Shown here in pieces: positions 43,694-54,521 of a DNA stretch of 64,000 bases. The notes beneath the pieces were generated by a model. The model did not search any database. It was not told where the DNA came from and was given only the letters and a program-made list of their open reading frames with translations. This DNA comes from an uncultured Coriobacteriaceae bacterium. Lineage in GTDB: Bacteria; Actinomycetota; Coriobacteriia; Coriobacteriales; Atopobiaceae. Position numbers and translations under genes: made by a program. The first letter of the stretch is position 1. The number at the start of each line of letters is the position of its first letter. Location: NCBI GenBank assembly GCA_900543875.1, contig UQSV01000001.1:16662-80661 (forward strand), read 5' to 3'.

Positions 43694-44211
43694 TCCGAAG
43701 TTATTAACGAACTGGTGCTGAGCTGGGGCTATTCAATAGTGGGCTGCTTGCGTGTCATACCTACCCCCATTGGCTGGCTGCCTCGGGCATAACGAATTGT
43801 TTGGATTGAACAAGCAATGTACCTGCTGTTTTAGTAGGTTCTGCCAAATTGTTTGATGATTTTGGAAACGTGCGACCCGTGCGCTCATCATGCTCGAACA
43901 ACTGTGCGAGATGTTGATAACCGCTCGCGGATGAATTCCAAGAATGTTGAAAAGTGTGAAAACTCGCATAGCGCGTGGTAGATGGCTCGGACTTTCATCA
44001 ACCCGCAGGTAAGCGGGATGCGGGCCTTCGTCATGCGTCTTACGGTTTTGTGCTAGGCCTTCCTGGCCAGGACGTGGCTCGCTTGGCCTATGGGCCCATC
44101 ATCGCGTCCGTCGAGTGCCGTGACTGCCCACGTTGCGCTTGTCATCGGGTCATTCGGCGCCGCCGCCCTTCTCGCGCAAATCATTCTTGCTTGCCAACAT
44201 GCCTCAGTTGA

Positions 44212-45669
44212 ATGAGTTACGATTCAAAGTTGCACCTTGCTGTCGACGAGAAGACCTTGGGAGGACACTTGGACGAGATCGTGTACGATGCTACGCCGTC
44301 TCCGGCGGCCCTCGCATCCATCAAGACGATGCCCTCCGACGTCCCCGCCGAGCGCTCGGTTCTCTCGGCGATGCTGCTGTCGCCCGAGGTGCTCGAGAGC
44401 GCCATCGTCGAGCTGACCGACGAGGACTTCTTCCTCGAGTCCAACCGCATCATCTTCGCGGCCATGCGCACGATGTTTGAGCGCAGCAACCCCGTCGACC
44501 CCATCTCGCTTGCAGACTACCTCACGAGCACCGGCGACCTCGAGCGCGCCGGCGGCATCCAGCAGCTCGCCCGCCTGGGCGAGGACTCGTTTGCCATCGC
44601 GAGCTGGCGCCACCATGCGGAGATGCTCCACCGCGACACGACGCTGCGCCTCATGATCGACGCCTCGGCCAAGATCGCCAACCTTGCCGCCAACGCGCCC
44701 GAGGACACCAAGGAGGTCGTCGACACCGCGGAGAAGATGCTGCTTGACGTCACGAACCGTGACATCAAGACCACCTACGTCAAGCTCGAGGACGCCATGA
44801 TCAAGCTCTACCAGGAGCTTGCGGAGCAGGCGCAGAGTCCCGACGGCACGGTGGGCATCCAGACGGGCTTCCCCACGATGGACCGCATGTTCCTGGGCCT
44901 GCGCCCCGGCCAGATGATCGTCGTCGGCGCCCGACCGGGCGTGGGCAAGACTTCGTTCGCCCTGAACCTGGCCGTCCAGATGGCCCAGGCCGGCACGACC
45001 GTCTGCTTCTTCTCGCTCGAGATGAGCTCCGAGGAGGTCGCGCAGCGTCTGCTGTCGACCTACTCCCAGGTGCCGCTGCAGAAGATCCGCTCGGCAGACA
45101 TCAAACCCGAGGAGTGGCAGAGCCTGCTCACGGCCACCCAGGACCTCGCGGCCCTCGACCTCATGATCGACGACACGCCGGGCACCACCGTCACCGAGGT
45201 GCGCGCCAAGGCCCGCCGCATGCTGCGCAACAAGGAGAAGGGCATCGTCATCCTCGACTACCTGCAGCTGGTCTCGCCCCCGCCAAACCGTCGCTCCGAC
45301 TCGCGTGCCACCGAGGTGTCCGAGATGAGCCGTGGCATCAAGATCATGGCCAAGGACCTGGGCATTCCCGTCATTGCCCTGTCGCAGCTGTCGCGTAAGA
45401 ACGAGGAGCGCACCGGCTCGCGCGGCAAGCGCCCGCAGCTGTCCGACCTTCGTGAGTCCGGCGCTATCGAGCAGGACGCAGACATCGTCATCCTGCTTGA
45501 CCGCTCCATGACCGAGGAGGAGGGCGCCCGCGAGGACCGCCCGGACTACGGCGTCACCGAGTTCGTTGTCGCCAAGAACCGTTCCGGCCCCCTGGGCATT
45601 ATCCCCATGGCGTTCTTCGCCGAGAAGACCAAGTTCATGGAGGTCGACGCGCACCACGACGACGCGTAG
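44212..45669 (+). CDS. dnaB: Replicative DNA helicase DnaB
   Basis: Walker A GARPGVGKTSFAL. N-terminal ERSVLSAMLL motif. The start is ambiguous (44212, 44281 or 44329). Confidence 0.9.
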   Translation: MSYDSKLHLAVDEKTLGGHLDEIVYDATPSPAALASIKTMPSDVPAERSVLSAMLLSPEVLESAIVELTDEDFFLESNRIIFAAMRTMFERSNPVDPISLADYLTSTGDLERAGGIQQLARLGEDSFAIASWRHHAEMLHRDTTLRLMIDASAKIANLAANAPEDTKEVVDTAEKMLLDVTNRDIKTTYVKLEDAMIKLYQELAEQAQSPDGTVGIQTGFPTMDRMFLGLRPGQMIVVGARPGVGKTSFALNLAVQMAQAGTTVCFFSLEMSSEEVAQRLLSTYSQVPLQKIRSADIKPEEWQSLLTATQDLAALDLMIDDTPGTTVTEVRAKARRMLRNKEKGIVILDYLQLVSPPPNRRSDSRATEVSEMSRGIKIMAKDLGIPVIALSQLSRKNEERTGSRGKRPQLSDLRESGAIEQDADIVILLDRSMTEEEGAREDRPDYGVTEFVVAKNRSGPLGIIPMAFFAEKTKFMEVDAHHDDA

Positions 45670-45682
45670 CGAACCTGATGCG

Positions 45683-45728
45683 CCGCCCCGAGCGAACTGC
45701 CCGGGGCGCCGCTTGCGTTTTTGTGGCC
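45683..45728 (+). terminator. Terminator after dnaB
   Basis: GC-rich imperfect hairpin followed by TTGCGTTTTT. Confidence 0.55.
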
Positions 45729-45809
45729 TGACCCGCGATGTTAGGAGCGCCCACAGCTTGTTGGCGTATACTCAAATGGTTTGCTAAGCCGTGAGAGAAG
45801 GAGCTCTTC

Positions 45810-47096
45810 ATGCCGGCATCTGTTCTGGTGGGAACCCAGTGGGGCGACGAGGGCAAGGGTAAGATCACCGACCTCATCTCCGGTGGCTTCGATGTGGTCT
45901 GTCGCTATGGCGGCGGTGCCAACGCCGGCCACTCGGTTGTCGCCAATGGTCACCACCTCGCACTTCGCCAGATTCCGTCTGGCATCGTCCACGAGGACGT
46001 CCTTTCCATCATCGGCAACGGCTGCATCGTCGATCCCGTGGTCGTTCTCGAGGAGCTCGAGCACCTCAAGGGCGAGGGCCTTTCCTGCAAGGGCCTGCGC
46101 ATCTCGGGCAACGCTCACATCGTCATGCCCTGGCACAAGGTTCTCGACGGCGCCCACGAGCAGAAGCTCGGCAAGAACAACATCGGCACCACGAAGCGTG
46201 GCATCGGTCCCTGCTACATGGACAAGATGAACCGCACGGGCATTCGCATGCAGGACATGCTCGATGACGACACCTTCCGCGAGAAGGTCGAGGCGTCGCT
46301 CGCCTACCAGAACCCCATCCTCGAGAAGGTCTACGAGTTGCCCACCTATGACGTGGACGCCGTGTGCGAGGAGTTCCTCGGCTATGCCGAGCAGCTGCGT
46401 CCCTACATCATCGAGAGCGGCAAGCTACTCAACGAGGAGCTTGCCGAGGGCAAGAAGGTCCTGTTCGAGGGTGCCCAGGCCACGATGCTCGACATCGACC
46501 ACGGCACCTACCCGTTCGTGACCTCCTCCAACTGCACGGCTGGTGGCGCGGTTACCGGCTCCGGCGTTGGCCCCACCAACATCGACCGCGTGCTGGGTAT
46601 CGCGAAGGCCTACCTCACGCGCGTGGGCTCGGGCCCGTTCCCCACGGAGCTGAGCCTTGACGAGGGTATGGGCAAGTTCCTGCTGGAGACCGGCCACGAG
46701 TACGGCGTGGTCACGGGCCGCAAGCGCCGCTGCGGCTGGTACGACGCCGTGGTGGTCAAGTACGCCGCGCAGGTCAACGGCCTCACCGACCTCGCCATCA
46801 CCAAGCTCGACGTGCTCACAGGCCTTGACACCATCAAGGTCTGCACCGCCTACGAGTGCGATGGCGTGGAGTACACGACGGTTCCCGAGCACCGCTCGGT
46901 CTTCGACCACGCCAAGCCCAAGTACGTTGAGGTCCCAGGCTGGAAGGAAGACATCACCGGCTGCAGGAGCTTTGACGAGCTGCCCAAGGCCGCGCAGGAC
47001 TACATCGAGCTCATCGAGAAGCTCAGCGGCGTGAAGGTCTCCTTCGTTGCCGTGGGTCCCGACCGCGAGCAGACGATCAACCGCTTCTGGGAGTAG
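45810..47096 (+). CDS. purA: Adenylosuccinate synthetase
   Basis: GTQWGDEGKGK P-loop. Confidence 0.95.
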   Translation: MPASVLVGTQWGDEGKGKITDLISGGFDVVCRYGGGANAGHSVVANGHHLALRQIPSGIVHEDVLSIIGNGCIVDPVVVLEELEHLKGEGLSCKGLRISGNAHIVMPWHKVLDGAHEQKLGKNNIGTTKRGIGPCYMDKMNRTGIRMQDMLDDDTFREKVEASLAYQNPILEKVYELPTYDVDAVCEEFLGYAEQLRPYIIESGKLLNEELAEGKKVLFEGAQATMLDIDHGTYPFVTSSNCTAGGAVTGSGVGPTNIDRVLGIAKAYLTRVGSGPFPTELSLDEGMGKFLLETGHEYGVVTGRKRRCGWYDAVVVKYAAQVNGLTDLAITKLDVLTGLDTIKVCTAYECDGVEYTTVPEHRSVFDHAKPKYVEVPGWKEDITGCRSFDELPKAAQDYIELIEKLSGVKVSFVAVGPDREQTINRFWE

Positions 47097-47113
47097 AGGC
47101 AAGTTAGCAAGTC

Positions 47114-47160
47114 CAGGCGGGCTCGGCAGACATGGCCGGGCCCGCCTTTGGTTTTATGCG
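47114..47160 (+). terminator. Terminator after purA
   Basis: GGCGGGCTCGGCAGACATGGCCGGGCCCGCC followed by TTTGGTTTT. Confidence 0.75.
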
Positions 47161-47242
47161 CGTTACGACCGTGCCACGTGCGCGGACGCGGCGCTACGAT
47201 AGGCGTTGGGAAATAACAGAGAGCCGACGATCAGGAGCAACC

Positions 47243-48544
47243 ATGGACGCATCCGAGAAGATCGACATCCTCCTTCTGGGCGCGGGCGGGCGCGAGCACG
47301 CCCTCCTGCGCAAGCTGCTCGAGAGCCCGCGCGCGGGCAAGGTCTGGGCGGCGCCGGGCAACGGCGGCATCCTCGCCGAGGCCGCCTATGCCGACATCGA
47401 CCAGGAGAACCCGCAGCAGGTGGCCGACTTCGCCACTGGGCATGGCGTGAGCCTCGTGGTCATTGGCCCCGAGGCCCCGCTCGTCGCCGGCGTGGCCGAC
47501 GCGGTGCGTGCCGCGGGCATCGCCTGCTTTGGCCCAAGCGGCGCGGCCGCCCAGATGGAGGGCTCCAAGCTCTTTGCCAAACAGGTCATGGAGCGCGCCG
47601 GCGTTCCCACGGCCCGCTACGCGAGCTTCACCGAGGCGGCTCCCGCCGAGGCCTACGTGCGCGAGCTCGCCGGTCCCTGCGTCGTGAAGGCCGACGGCCT
47701 CGCCGCGGGCAAGGGCGTCATCGTGGCGCAGACCACCGAGGAGGCCCTGGCTGGCGTGCGCGAGTGCTTCGCGGGCACGTTTGGCGAGGCGGGCAGCACC
47801 GTCGTGGTCGAGGAGATGCTCAAGGGCCCCGAGTGCTCGCTTCTGGCCCTCACCGACGGCAAGACGGTCGTTCCGCTCGCGAGCTCGCAGGACCACAAGC
47901 GCGCCCTCGAGGGCGACCTCGGTCCCAACACGGGCGGCATGGGAGTCTACTCGCCCGTCCCATTCGTGACGCCCGAGGAGCACGAGGCCATGGTCGAGAT
48001 CGAGCGCAAGGTCGTGGCCCAGCTCGCGAAGGACGGCATCACCTACTCCGGCTGCCTCTACGGCGGCTTCATGCTCACCAAGGACGGCCCGAAGGTGCTC
48101 GAGTTCAACGCGCGCTTTGGTGACCCGGAGACGCAGGTCGTGCTGCCGCGCATGAAGGCCGACCTTCTCGACGTCTTCCTGCGCTGCGACAACGGCACGC
48201 TCGACGAGGCCAACGTGAGCTGGGACGACGACTGGGCCGTCTCGGTGGTGCTCACGAGCGCGGGCTACCCCGGCTCCTACGAGAAGGGCAAGCCCATCCG
48301 CGGCATCGCCGACGCCGAGGCGCTCGAGGGCGTCACGGTCTACCACGCCGGCACCAAGCTGGTGGGCGGCGAGCTCGTCACCAACGGCGGGCGCGTGCTC
48401 AATGTCACGGCCGTTGCCGACACCTTCGAGCACGCTCGCGAGCAGGCATATCGAGCCTGCGAGCTCATCGATTTTGAGGGAAAGACGCTGCGTCACGACA
48501 TCGGGGCGCGCGCCCTGCGAGGCCGCGACGCCTGGGAGGTCTAG
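47243..48544 (+). CDS. purD: Phosphoribosylamine--glycine ligase
   Basis: [14 protein letters not shown]-terminus. ATP-grasp fold. Confidence 0.9.
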   Translation: MDASEKIDILLLGAGGREHALLRKLLESPRAGKVWAAPGNGGILAEAAYADIDQENPQQVADFATGHGVSLVVIGPEAPLVAGVADAVRAAGIACFGPSGAAAQMEGSKLFAKQVMERAGVPTARYASFTEAAPAEAYVRELAGPCVVKADGLAAGKGVIVAQTTEEALAGVRECFAGTFGEAGSTVVVEEMLKGPECSLLALTDGKTVVPLASSQDHKRALEGDLGPNTGGMGVYSPVPFVTPEEHEAMVEIERKVVAQLAKDGITYSGCLYGGFMLTKDGPKVLEFNARFGDPETQVVLPRMKADLLDVFLRCDNGTLDEANVSWDDDWAVSVVLTSAGYPGSYEKGKPIRGIADAEALEGVTVYHAGTKLVGGELVTNGGRVLNVTAVADTFEHAREQAYRACELIDFEGKTLRHDIGARALRGRDAWEV

Positions 48545-48550
48545 CACCAC

Positions 48551-49252
48551 ATGGATCACAAGGACACCGACGAGTTCCTCGACACCGTCGAGGCGTTCAC
48601 CTATGACGGAGATCGCTCGACGCACGATCACAAGAGCGGCGAGCCCGAGCGCCGCGAGTTCGTGCGCGGTGACGACGACCCGCGCGACGCCGCGCTGGCC
48701 GAGCAGCCCCTCACGGAGGAGACGGCCTGGACGGGGCGCATCTTCTCGGTGAGCCGCCTGCACGTGCAGCTGCCCGACGGCCGCGAGGCCGTGCGCGACG
48801 TCGTGCGCCACCCTGGTGCGGTCGCCGTCGTGGCGCTCACCGATGACGGCCACATCTGCCTCGTGCGCCAGTACCGCACCGCGCTGGGCCGCGTCACGGT
48901 CGAGATCCCAGCCGGCAAGCTCGAGCCGGGCGAGGACCCGCTGGCCGCCGCCCACCGCGAGCTCGAGGAGGAGACAGGCTTCACGGCCGACAAGATGGCC
49001 TACCTCACCTCCATCGCGAGCTCCGACGGCTTCTGCGACGAGGTCATCCACCTCTACATGGCCACGGGCCTCGTCTTTACGAGCTCCAACCCCGATGCCG
49101 ACGAGTTCATCAACGTCGACCTCGTGGAGCTCACCGACCTCGTCGACGCCGTCCTCGACGGCCGCGTCGAGGACGCAAAGACCGTCGTGGGCGCCCTTGC
49201 CTGCGACGCCGTGGCCCGCCGCCTTGCTCCGCCCGCACCAACCGAGGACTAA
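48551..49252 (+). CDS. Nudix hydrolase (ADP-ribose pyrophosphatase-like)
   Basis: Nudix box GKLEPGEDPLAAAHRELEEETG. Confidence 0.8.
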   Translation: MDHKDTDEFLDTVEAFTYDGDRSTHDHKSGEPERREFVRGDDDPRDAALAEQPLTEETAWTGRIFSVSRLHVQLPDGREAVRDVVRHPGAVAVVALTDDGHICLVRQYRTALGRVTVEIPAGKLEPGEDPLAAAHRELEEETGFTADKMAYLTSIASSDGFCDEVIHLYMATGLVFTSSNPDADEFINVDLVELTDLVDAVLDGRVEDAKTVVGALACDAVARRLAPPAPTED

Positions 49253-49256
49253 CTGA

Positions 49257-51050
49257 ATGCAACAGACCAGCACCAACGACCGCCCACACGGCGGGTCGGT
49301 ACCGCACGCTTCCGGCAAGCTCTACCAGAAGTTTCTCTCGTACTACCGCTCGCAGTGGCACCTGTTTGCCATCGACTCCGTTGCCGCCGTTGTCATGACG
49401 GCGGTTGACCTGGCGTTTCCCATTATTCTGCGTGAGCTCACCGGTGGCCTGTTCACGCAGGGCGCCGGCGCCATCATGGGCGCGCTTGGCACGCTTGCCC
49501 TGGGCCTCATCGCCATGTATGCCGTGCGCTATGCCTGCCGCTACTTCGTGGGCTACTGGGGTCACGTCATGGGCGCGCGCATGGAGAGCCGCATGCGCCA
49601 GGACCTCTTTGACCAGTACGAGCGCTTCAGCTTCTCGTACTACGACCGCCACAACACCGGTGACCTCATGAGCCGCGTGGTGTCGGACCTGTTCGACATC
49701 TGCGAGGCCGCCCACCACGGCCCCGAGTACGCGATCATCTGCGGCATCAAGATCGTGGGCTCCTTCGCGATCCTTGCCACGATCAACTGGAAGCTCTCGT
49801 GCGTGCTGGCTGTGATCACCGCCGTGCTGTGGGCCTATAACTCGCGCGCCAACAAGCGCATGCGCGCCGTGTTCATGGAGAACCGCAAGCGCATCTCGGG
49901 CATCAACTCGCAGCTCGAGGACTCGCTGAGCGGCATCCGCGTGGTGAAGGGCTTTGCCGCCGAGGATGTTGAGCGCGAGAAGTTCGCCCGCTCCAACGAG
50001 GCCTACCTCGAGAGCAAGCAGCGTATGTATCACGTCATGGGCGGCTACCAGGCCATGATTGCGGCCCTCATGGGAGCCCTGTTCACCGTGGTCATCGTCT
50101 ACGGTGGCTACCTCATCGCCGTGGGCGAGATGCAGCCGGTGGACCTGTCGACCTATGCCCTCTACATCACGACGTTCACGGCCGCCATCGAGCAGCTGCT
50201 CAACTTCACCGAGACGTTCCAGAAGGCCGAGGCGGGCTTCCGCCGCCTCGACGAGATCCTCGCCACCAAGCCCGACGTCCTGGATGCCCCCGGCGCCAAG
50301 GACCTCGAGGTGAGCGAGGGTCACGTGACCTATGAGGGCGTTCACTTCTCCTATGACGGCGAGCATGACGTCATCTGTGGCCTTGACCTCGACATCCACC
50401 CGGGCGAGACCATCGCCCTCGTGGGCCCATCGGGCGGCGGCAAGTCGACCACCTGCAGCCTGCTGCCGCGCTTCTACGACGTGGCGTCTGGCTCGATTGT
50501 CATCGACGGGCAGGACGTGCGCGACGTTACGCAGAAGAGCCTGCGCGAGGCCATCGGCCTGGTTCAGCAGGACGTCTACCTCTTCGATGGCACCATTGGC
50601 GAGAACATCGCCTATGGCAGACCATCGGCCACCTTCGAGGAGGTGCGCGAGGCGGCACGCCTTGCCAACATCGATGACTTCGTGATGAGCCTGCCCGAGG
50701 GCTACGAGACTCAGGTGGGCGAGAGGGGCGCCCGCCTCTCTGGTGGCCAGAAGCAGCGCATCTCCATTGCCCGCGTATTCCTCAAGGACCCCAAGATCTT
50801 GGTGCTCGACGAGGCCACGAGTGCTCTCGACAACGAGAGCGAACATGCCGTGCAGGAGTCGCTCGCGCGGCTCTCCCATGGCCGTACCACGCTCGTGATT
50901 GCCCACCGCCTCTCGACCATCCGCGATGCCGATGAGATCGTGACCGTCGACGGCGGACGCGTGGCCGAGCGCGGCACGCATGATGAGCTCATGGCCCTGG
51001 GTGGCACCTACGCGAGCTACTATCGCATGCAGTTCGGGCACCACGCCTAG
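49257..51050 (+). CDS. ABC transporter, fused permease/ATP-binding protein (exporter family)
   Basis: Six TM helices. Walker A GPSGGGKST. Signature LSGGQKQRISIAR. Walker B ILVLDEATS. Confidence 0.9.
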   Translation: MQQTSTNDRPHGGSVPHASGKLYQKFLSYYRSQWHLFAIDSVAAVVMTAVDLAFPIILRELTGGLFTQGAGAIMGALGTLALGLIAMYAVRYACRYFVGYWGHVMGARMESRMRQDLFDQYERFSFSYYDRHNTGDLMSRVVSDLFDICEAAHHGPEYAIICGIKIVGSFAILATINWKLSCVLAVITAVLWAYNSRANKRMRAVFMENRKRISGINSQLEDSLSGIRVVKGFAAEDVEREKFARSNEAYLESKQRMYHVMGGYQAMIAALMGALFTVVIVYGGYLIAVGEMQPVDLSTYALYITTFTAAIEQLLNFTETFQKAEAGFRRLDEILATKPDVLDAPGAKDLEVSEGHVTYEGVHFSYDGEHDVICGLDLDIHPGETIALVGPSGGGKSTTCSLLPRFYDVASGSIVIDGQDVRDVTQKSLREAIGLVQQDVYLFDGTIGENIAYGRPSATFEEVREAARLANIDDFVMSLPEGYETQVGERGARLSGGQKQRISIARVFLKDPKILVLDEATSALDNESEHAVQESLARLSHGRTTLVIAHRLSTIRDADEIVTVDGGRVAERGTHDELMALGGTYASYYRMQFGHHA

Positions 51051-51185
51051 GTTTCGAGCGTATGTAGCTTGAGCGTAACCGCGCCGGGCCTTAAGGAAAC
51101 CTCCAAGCCCGCTGCCTATACTGTTCTGCGACTAATCCGACACCACGCGGCCAGCCGGCTGCCGATATGCCTTACGAGGAAGAGC

Positions 51186-52031
51186 ATGGCAAAGAAGGAC
51201 AAGAGTGCTAACGTTCCCACCCCCGACGAGGTCGAGGCCATCTTCGCCGACGTCGACGAGACGGGCCACACGAACGCGTCGAAGGCCCGCAAGGAGCACG
51301 GCCGCCGCCGCGCCCGCAAGGCCGCCGTCGAGGTCGATCCCCTCTCGGGCGACGATCCGTCCGGCTCGAGCGTGGGCAAGGTCATGACGCGCACCGCCGT
51401 CGTGGTCGTCGCTATCATGCTCGTCCTCGTGGTGCTCTCGCAGGTGGCCTGCGGCCTCGTGCGCCGCGCGGGCACCTCGCAGCTCGCCGAGCACGTCGAC
51501 TCCGCGAGCGTGTCGCTCGCACTTAAGAACGGCGTCGAGTGGGGCGACGGCTTCACGCAGTTCCCCGAGGATTACACCGTGCTCGAGGCCAACGAGGAGT
51601 CCGGCCGCATCGAGGTGAGCGTCGTCGACACCTCGGCCAAGGACGAGCTCGAGTGCCTCGCCGGCTCGCAGATCCAGGCCGCCGCCCTCTCCGTGAACGC
51701 CCTGCTCAACCCCAACATCAACCAGGTCGTCTACCATGTCGACGTCCACATCGACGAGGACGGCAAGATCCAGCAGTCGTCGCTGTTTGGCTTCCTCAAG
51801 CCCACGGGCATCATGAAGCGCTTCGCCACCTTCGTGTGGACCAAGAGCTCCGGCGCCGACGGCGGCTTCAACTTCAACTGCATGATCACCGACATCGATG
51901 CCACCGCCTCGGAGAACCTGCGCCAGAAGGTCACCCTGCCGCGCAACATCATCGACGCCGTGATGGGTGAGGCCGCGACCACGAGCGCGGCCGCCACCGA
52001 CACCGCTACCACCGAGACGGCCGCGGAGTAG
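51186..52031 (+). CDS. Hypothetical membrane-anchored protein
   Basis: Single TM helix (AVVVVAIMLVLVVL). RBS GAGGAAG. Confidence 0.5.
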   Translation: MAKKDKSANVPTPDEVEAIFADVDETGHTNASKARKEHGRRRARKAAVEVDPLSGDDPSGSSVGKVMTRTAVVVVAIMLVLVVLSQVACGLVRRAGTSQLAEHVDSASVSLALKNGVEWGDGFTQFPEDYTVLEANEESGRIEVSVVDTSAKDELECLAGSQIQAAALSVNALLNPNINQVVYHVDVHIDEDGKIQQSSLFGFLKPTGIMKRFATFVWTKSSGADGGFNFNCMITDIDATASENLRQKVTLPRNIIDAVMGEAATTSAAATDTATTETAAE

Positions 52032-52035
52032 CCAC

Positions 52036-52908
52036 GTGAGCGACGCCTCTTCCTTGCGCCTCTACCAGCGGCAGGGCAACTACCTGCCGCGCGTTGCCGC
52101 CGTGCACGACCTGTGCGGCTACGGCAAGTGCTCGCTGGGCATCGCGATCCCTGTGCTCTCGTGCGCGGGCATCGACGTGTGCCCCGTGCCCACGTCGCTC
52201 TTCTCGGGTCACACCAAGTTCGACCACTTCTACAAGCTCGACACCACGCCCATGCTGGAGCCCTACCTCGATGCCTGGCGCGCCCATGGCATCGCCCTCG
52301 ATGGCGTCTACTCGGGCTTTCTTGGGTCGGCCGAGCAGGTCGCCACGATCGAGCGGCTCTACCGCGAATACCCGCGGGCCCTGCGCATCGTTGACCCCGT
52401 GATGGGCGACGGCGGCCACAAGTACCCCACCTACACCGACGAGATGTGCGAGGCCACCCGCGCGCTCGTGGCAAGCGCCGACGTGCTCACCCCCAACCTC
52501 ACCGAAGCCTCGATCCTTACGGGCATCGCCTACGAGGGCCAGGACGTCGACGAGGCCTACGTGGCGCGCGTGCTCGACGCCCTGCTTGCCATGGGCGCCA
52601 AGAACGTCGTGCTCAAGGGCATCGTCCATGAGGGGGACAACCTCATTCGCAACTATGTGGCCAGCGAGGGCGCGCCCGTGGCCGAGGTGGCTGGCGACCT
52701 GCTGCCATTTATGACGCACGGCACGGGAGACCTGTTTGCGAGTGGCCTCACGGCGGCGATCTTTGCGGGCAAGAGCCTGCTCGAGGCGGTGCGCTTTGCC
52801 GGCGCCCTCGTGCGCGATGCCATGGCCATCACGCCCGACCAACCCGATTACGAGGTGCGCGGCGTGAGCTTCGAGTCTGTTCTCGGAGACGTTACGGCTC
52901 TTATCTAG
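52036..52908 (+). CDS. pdxK: Pyridoxal / pyridoxamine kinase (ribokinase superfamily)
   Basis: VAAVHDLCGYGKCSL N-terminal motif and GTGDLF. Likely GTG start. Confidence 0.7.
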   Translation: MSDASSLRLYQRQGNYLPRVAAVHDLCGYGKCSLGIAIPVLSCAGIDVCPVPTSLFSGHTKFDHFYKLDTTPMLEPYLDAWRAHGIALDGVYSGFLGSAEQVATIERLYREYPRALRIVDPVMGDGGHKYPTYTDEMCEATRALVASADVLTPNLTEASILTGIAYEGQDVDEAYVARVLDALLAMGAKNVVLKGIVHEGDNLIRNYVASEGAPVAEVAGDLLPFMTHGTGDLFASGLTAAIFAGKSLLEAVRFAGALVRDAMAITPDQPDYEVRGVSFESVLGDVTALI

Positions 52909-52998
52909 GTTCCAAAAAAATGCTGTTCGCGACTATACTGAGAGACTGTGCGCATTGCGCGAAGTCATCACATGCGGTTCCAATTCAAGGGAGCGAAC

Positions 52999-53460
52999 AT
53001 GGCAGACAAGCCGCTCGTTGGCATCATTATGGGTTCAAAGTCTGATATGCCCACCATGGAGGCGTGCACCAAGCAGCTCGAGGAGCTCGGCGTTCCGTAC
53101 GAGCTCGTCATCGCGAGCGCCCACCGCACCCCCGACAAGGTCCACGAGTGGGCCGCGAGTGCCGCGGACCGTGGCCTCAAGGTCATCATCGCCGCCGCCG
53201 GCAAGGCCGCGCACCTGGGTGGCGTCGTTGCCGCCTATACCCCGCTGCCCATCGTGGGCGTGCCCATGAAGACGAGCGACCTGGGCGGCATGGACTCCCT
53301 GCTCTCCATGGTGCAGATGCCCAGTGGCGTGCCCGTTGCCTGCGTTGCCATTGGTGGCGCCAAGAACGCCGCCATCTACGCCACGCAGATTCTGGGCGCC
53401 ACGATGCCCGAGTATCGCGAGAAGATGGTCGAGTTCAAGCGCGCCATGGCGCAGGGTTAG
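52999..53460 (+). CDS. purE: N5-carboxyaminoimidazole ribonucleotide mutase
   Basis: VGIIMGSKSD...ASAHRTP motif. Confidence 0.9.
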   Translation: MADKPLVGIIMGSKSDMPTMEACTKQLEELGVPYELVIASAHRTPDKVHEWAASAADRGLKVIIAAAGKAAHLGGVVAAYTPLPIVGVPMKTSDLGGMDSLLSMVQMPSGVPVACVAIGGAKNAAIYATQILGATMPEYREKMVEFKRAMAQG

Positions 53461-53469
53461 GCCCGGCAG

Positions 53470-54507
53470 ATGGCAAACGCGTCGAGCGGCAAGCACTTTA
53501 GGCAGGCAGGGGAGGCGGCCCCGCGCGCCGCAGCGCCGCAGCACACCCAGGCCATGCCCGCGCCTGGCGAGAGCAACCCCTATGCGTCTAACACGGGAAA
53601 CGCCGTGGGGTTTGTCTCGACAAGGCCCGCCTCCAAGGGGGCTGACCATGCCAAGGCACCACGGGGCGGTCGCAAGCAGTCCAAGCGCTCCAAGCGGGCT
53701 GACCAGGGTGGCAAGCCGCGTCGCCGCGCCAACGTCCTCTCGACGGTCCTCATCGTCATTGGCGTCGTGCTGCTTCTCGTTGCCGGCGGCATGTGGGGCT
53801 ATGCCCAGTGGCAGTACCACGTGCAGGACGTCAACAACGAGAAGCTCGCCGCCTACGCTACTGTCTCCGACGATGCGGCCAGCGCCCCCACGATTGATTG
53901 GGAGGGCCTCAAGGCCGTGAACGCCGACGTCTGCGGCTGGATCTACATCCCGGCCACGCACGTCGACTTCCCGGTCTACCAGGGCCAGACCAACGACACC
54001 TATCTGCGCACCTCGGCCACGGGCGAGTACGCGGTGGGTGGGCAGATCTTCATGGACTGCGAGAACAGCCGCCCCGGCCTCGTTGACCGCCAGACCCTCA
54101 TCTACGGCCACCACCTCAACAACGGCGCGATGTTCACCGACATCGACGACATGGCGACCCAGGACAACTTCGACAAGGTCGACACGGTCTGGTACCTCAC
54201 CGAGGACGCGAGCTACGAGCTCGAGCCGCTGTTCTTCTACAAGAGCGCGGCCACCAACGGCGCCGCCCGCCAGATCACCTTTGCCTCCGATGACGACTTC
54301 CACGCCTACCTGGCAGACGCCCTCTCCCAGGCAACGGCCCAGCGCGCGGGCGCGAGCGGCTCGGTCAACAACATCTCCAAGGTGCTCACGCTGTGCACCT
54401 GCGACTACGAGAACGACTTTGGCAAGGGCAACGGTCGAGGCCTGCTCGTCTGTGCCCTCAAGAGCGAGGTGTCCAACACCACATCGTCTGACGTATCAGC
54501 CAGCTAG
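53470..54507 (+). CDS. srtB: Sortase, class-B-like (N-terminal TM anchor), embedded in the purine operon
   Basis: Catalytic TLCTC motif (VLTLCTCDY), His in LIYGHHLN, conserved Arg (GRGLLV). TM helix VLSTVLIVIGVVLLLVAGG. Confidence 0.75.
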   Translation: MANASSGKHFRQAGEAAPRAAAPQHTQAMPAPGESNPYASNTGNAVGFVSTRPASKGADHAKAPRGGRKQSKRSKRADQGGKPRRRANVLSTVLIVIGVVLLLVAGGMWGYAQWQYHVQDVNNEKLAAYATVSDDAASAPTIDWEGLKAVNADVCGWIYIPATHVDFPVYQGQTNDTYLRTSATGEYAVGGQIFMDCENSRPGLVDRQTLIYGHHLNNGAMFTDIDDMATQDNFDKVDTVWYLTEDASYELEPLFFYKSAATNGAARQITFASDDDFHAYLADALSQATAQRAGASGSVNNISKVLTLCTCDYENDFGKGNGRGLLVCALKSEVSNTTSSDVSAS

Positions 54508-54521
54508 CGGAGGGGAACCGC

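Noticed and set aside
47097-47242. Possible ZTP/pfl or purine riboswitch upstream of purD or purA
   Set aside because: I could not find the conserved GGGUCGUGAC...CCGCCUGGGCA (ZTP) or the purine-aptamer junction motifs by eye. The purD leader appears to be just a terminator plus an RBS
47231-49318. 695-aa minus-strand ORF spanning purD and the Nudix gene
   Set aside because: It is antisense to two conserved enzymes and has no RBS
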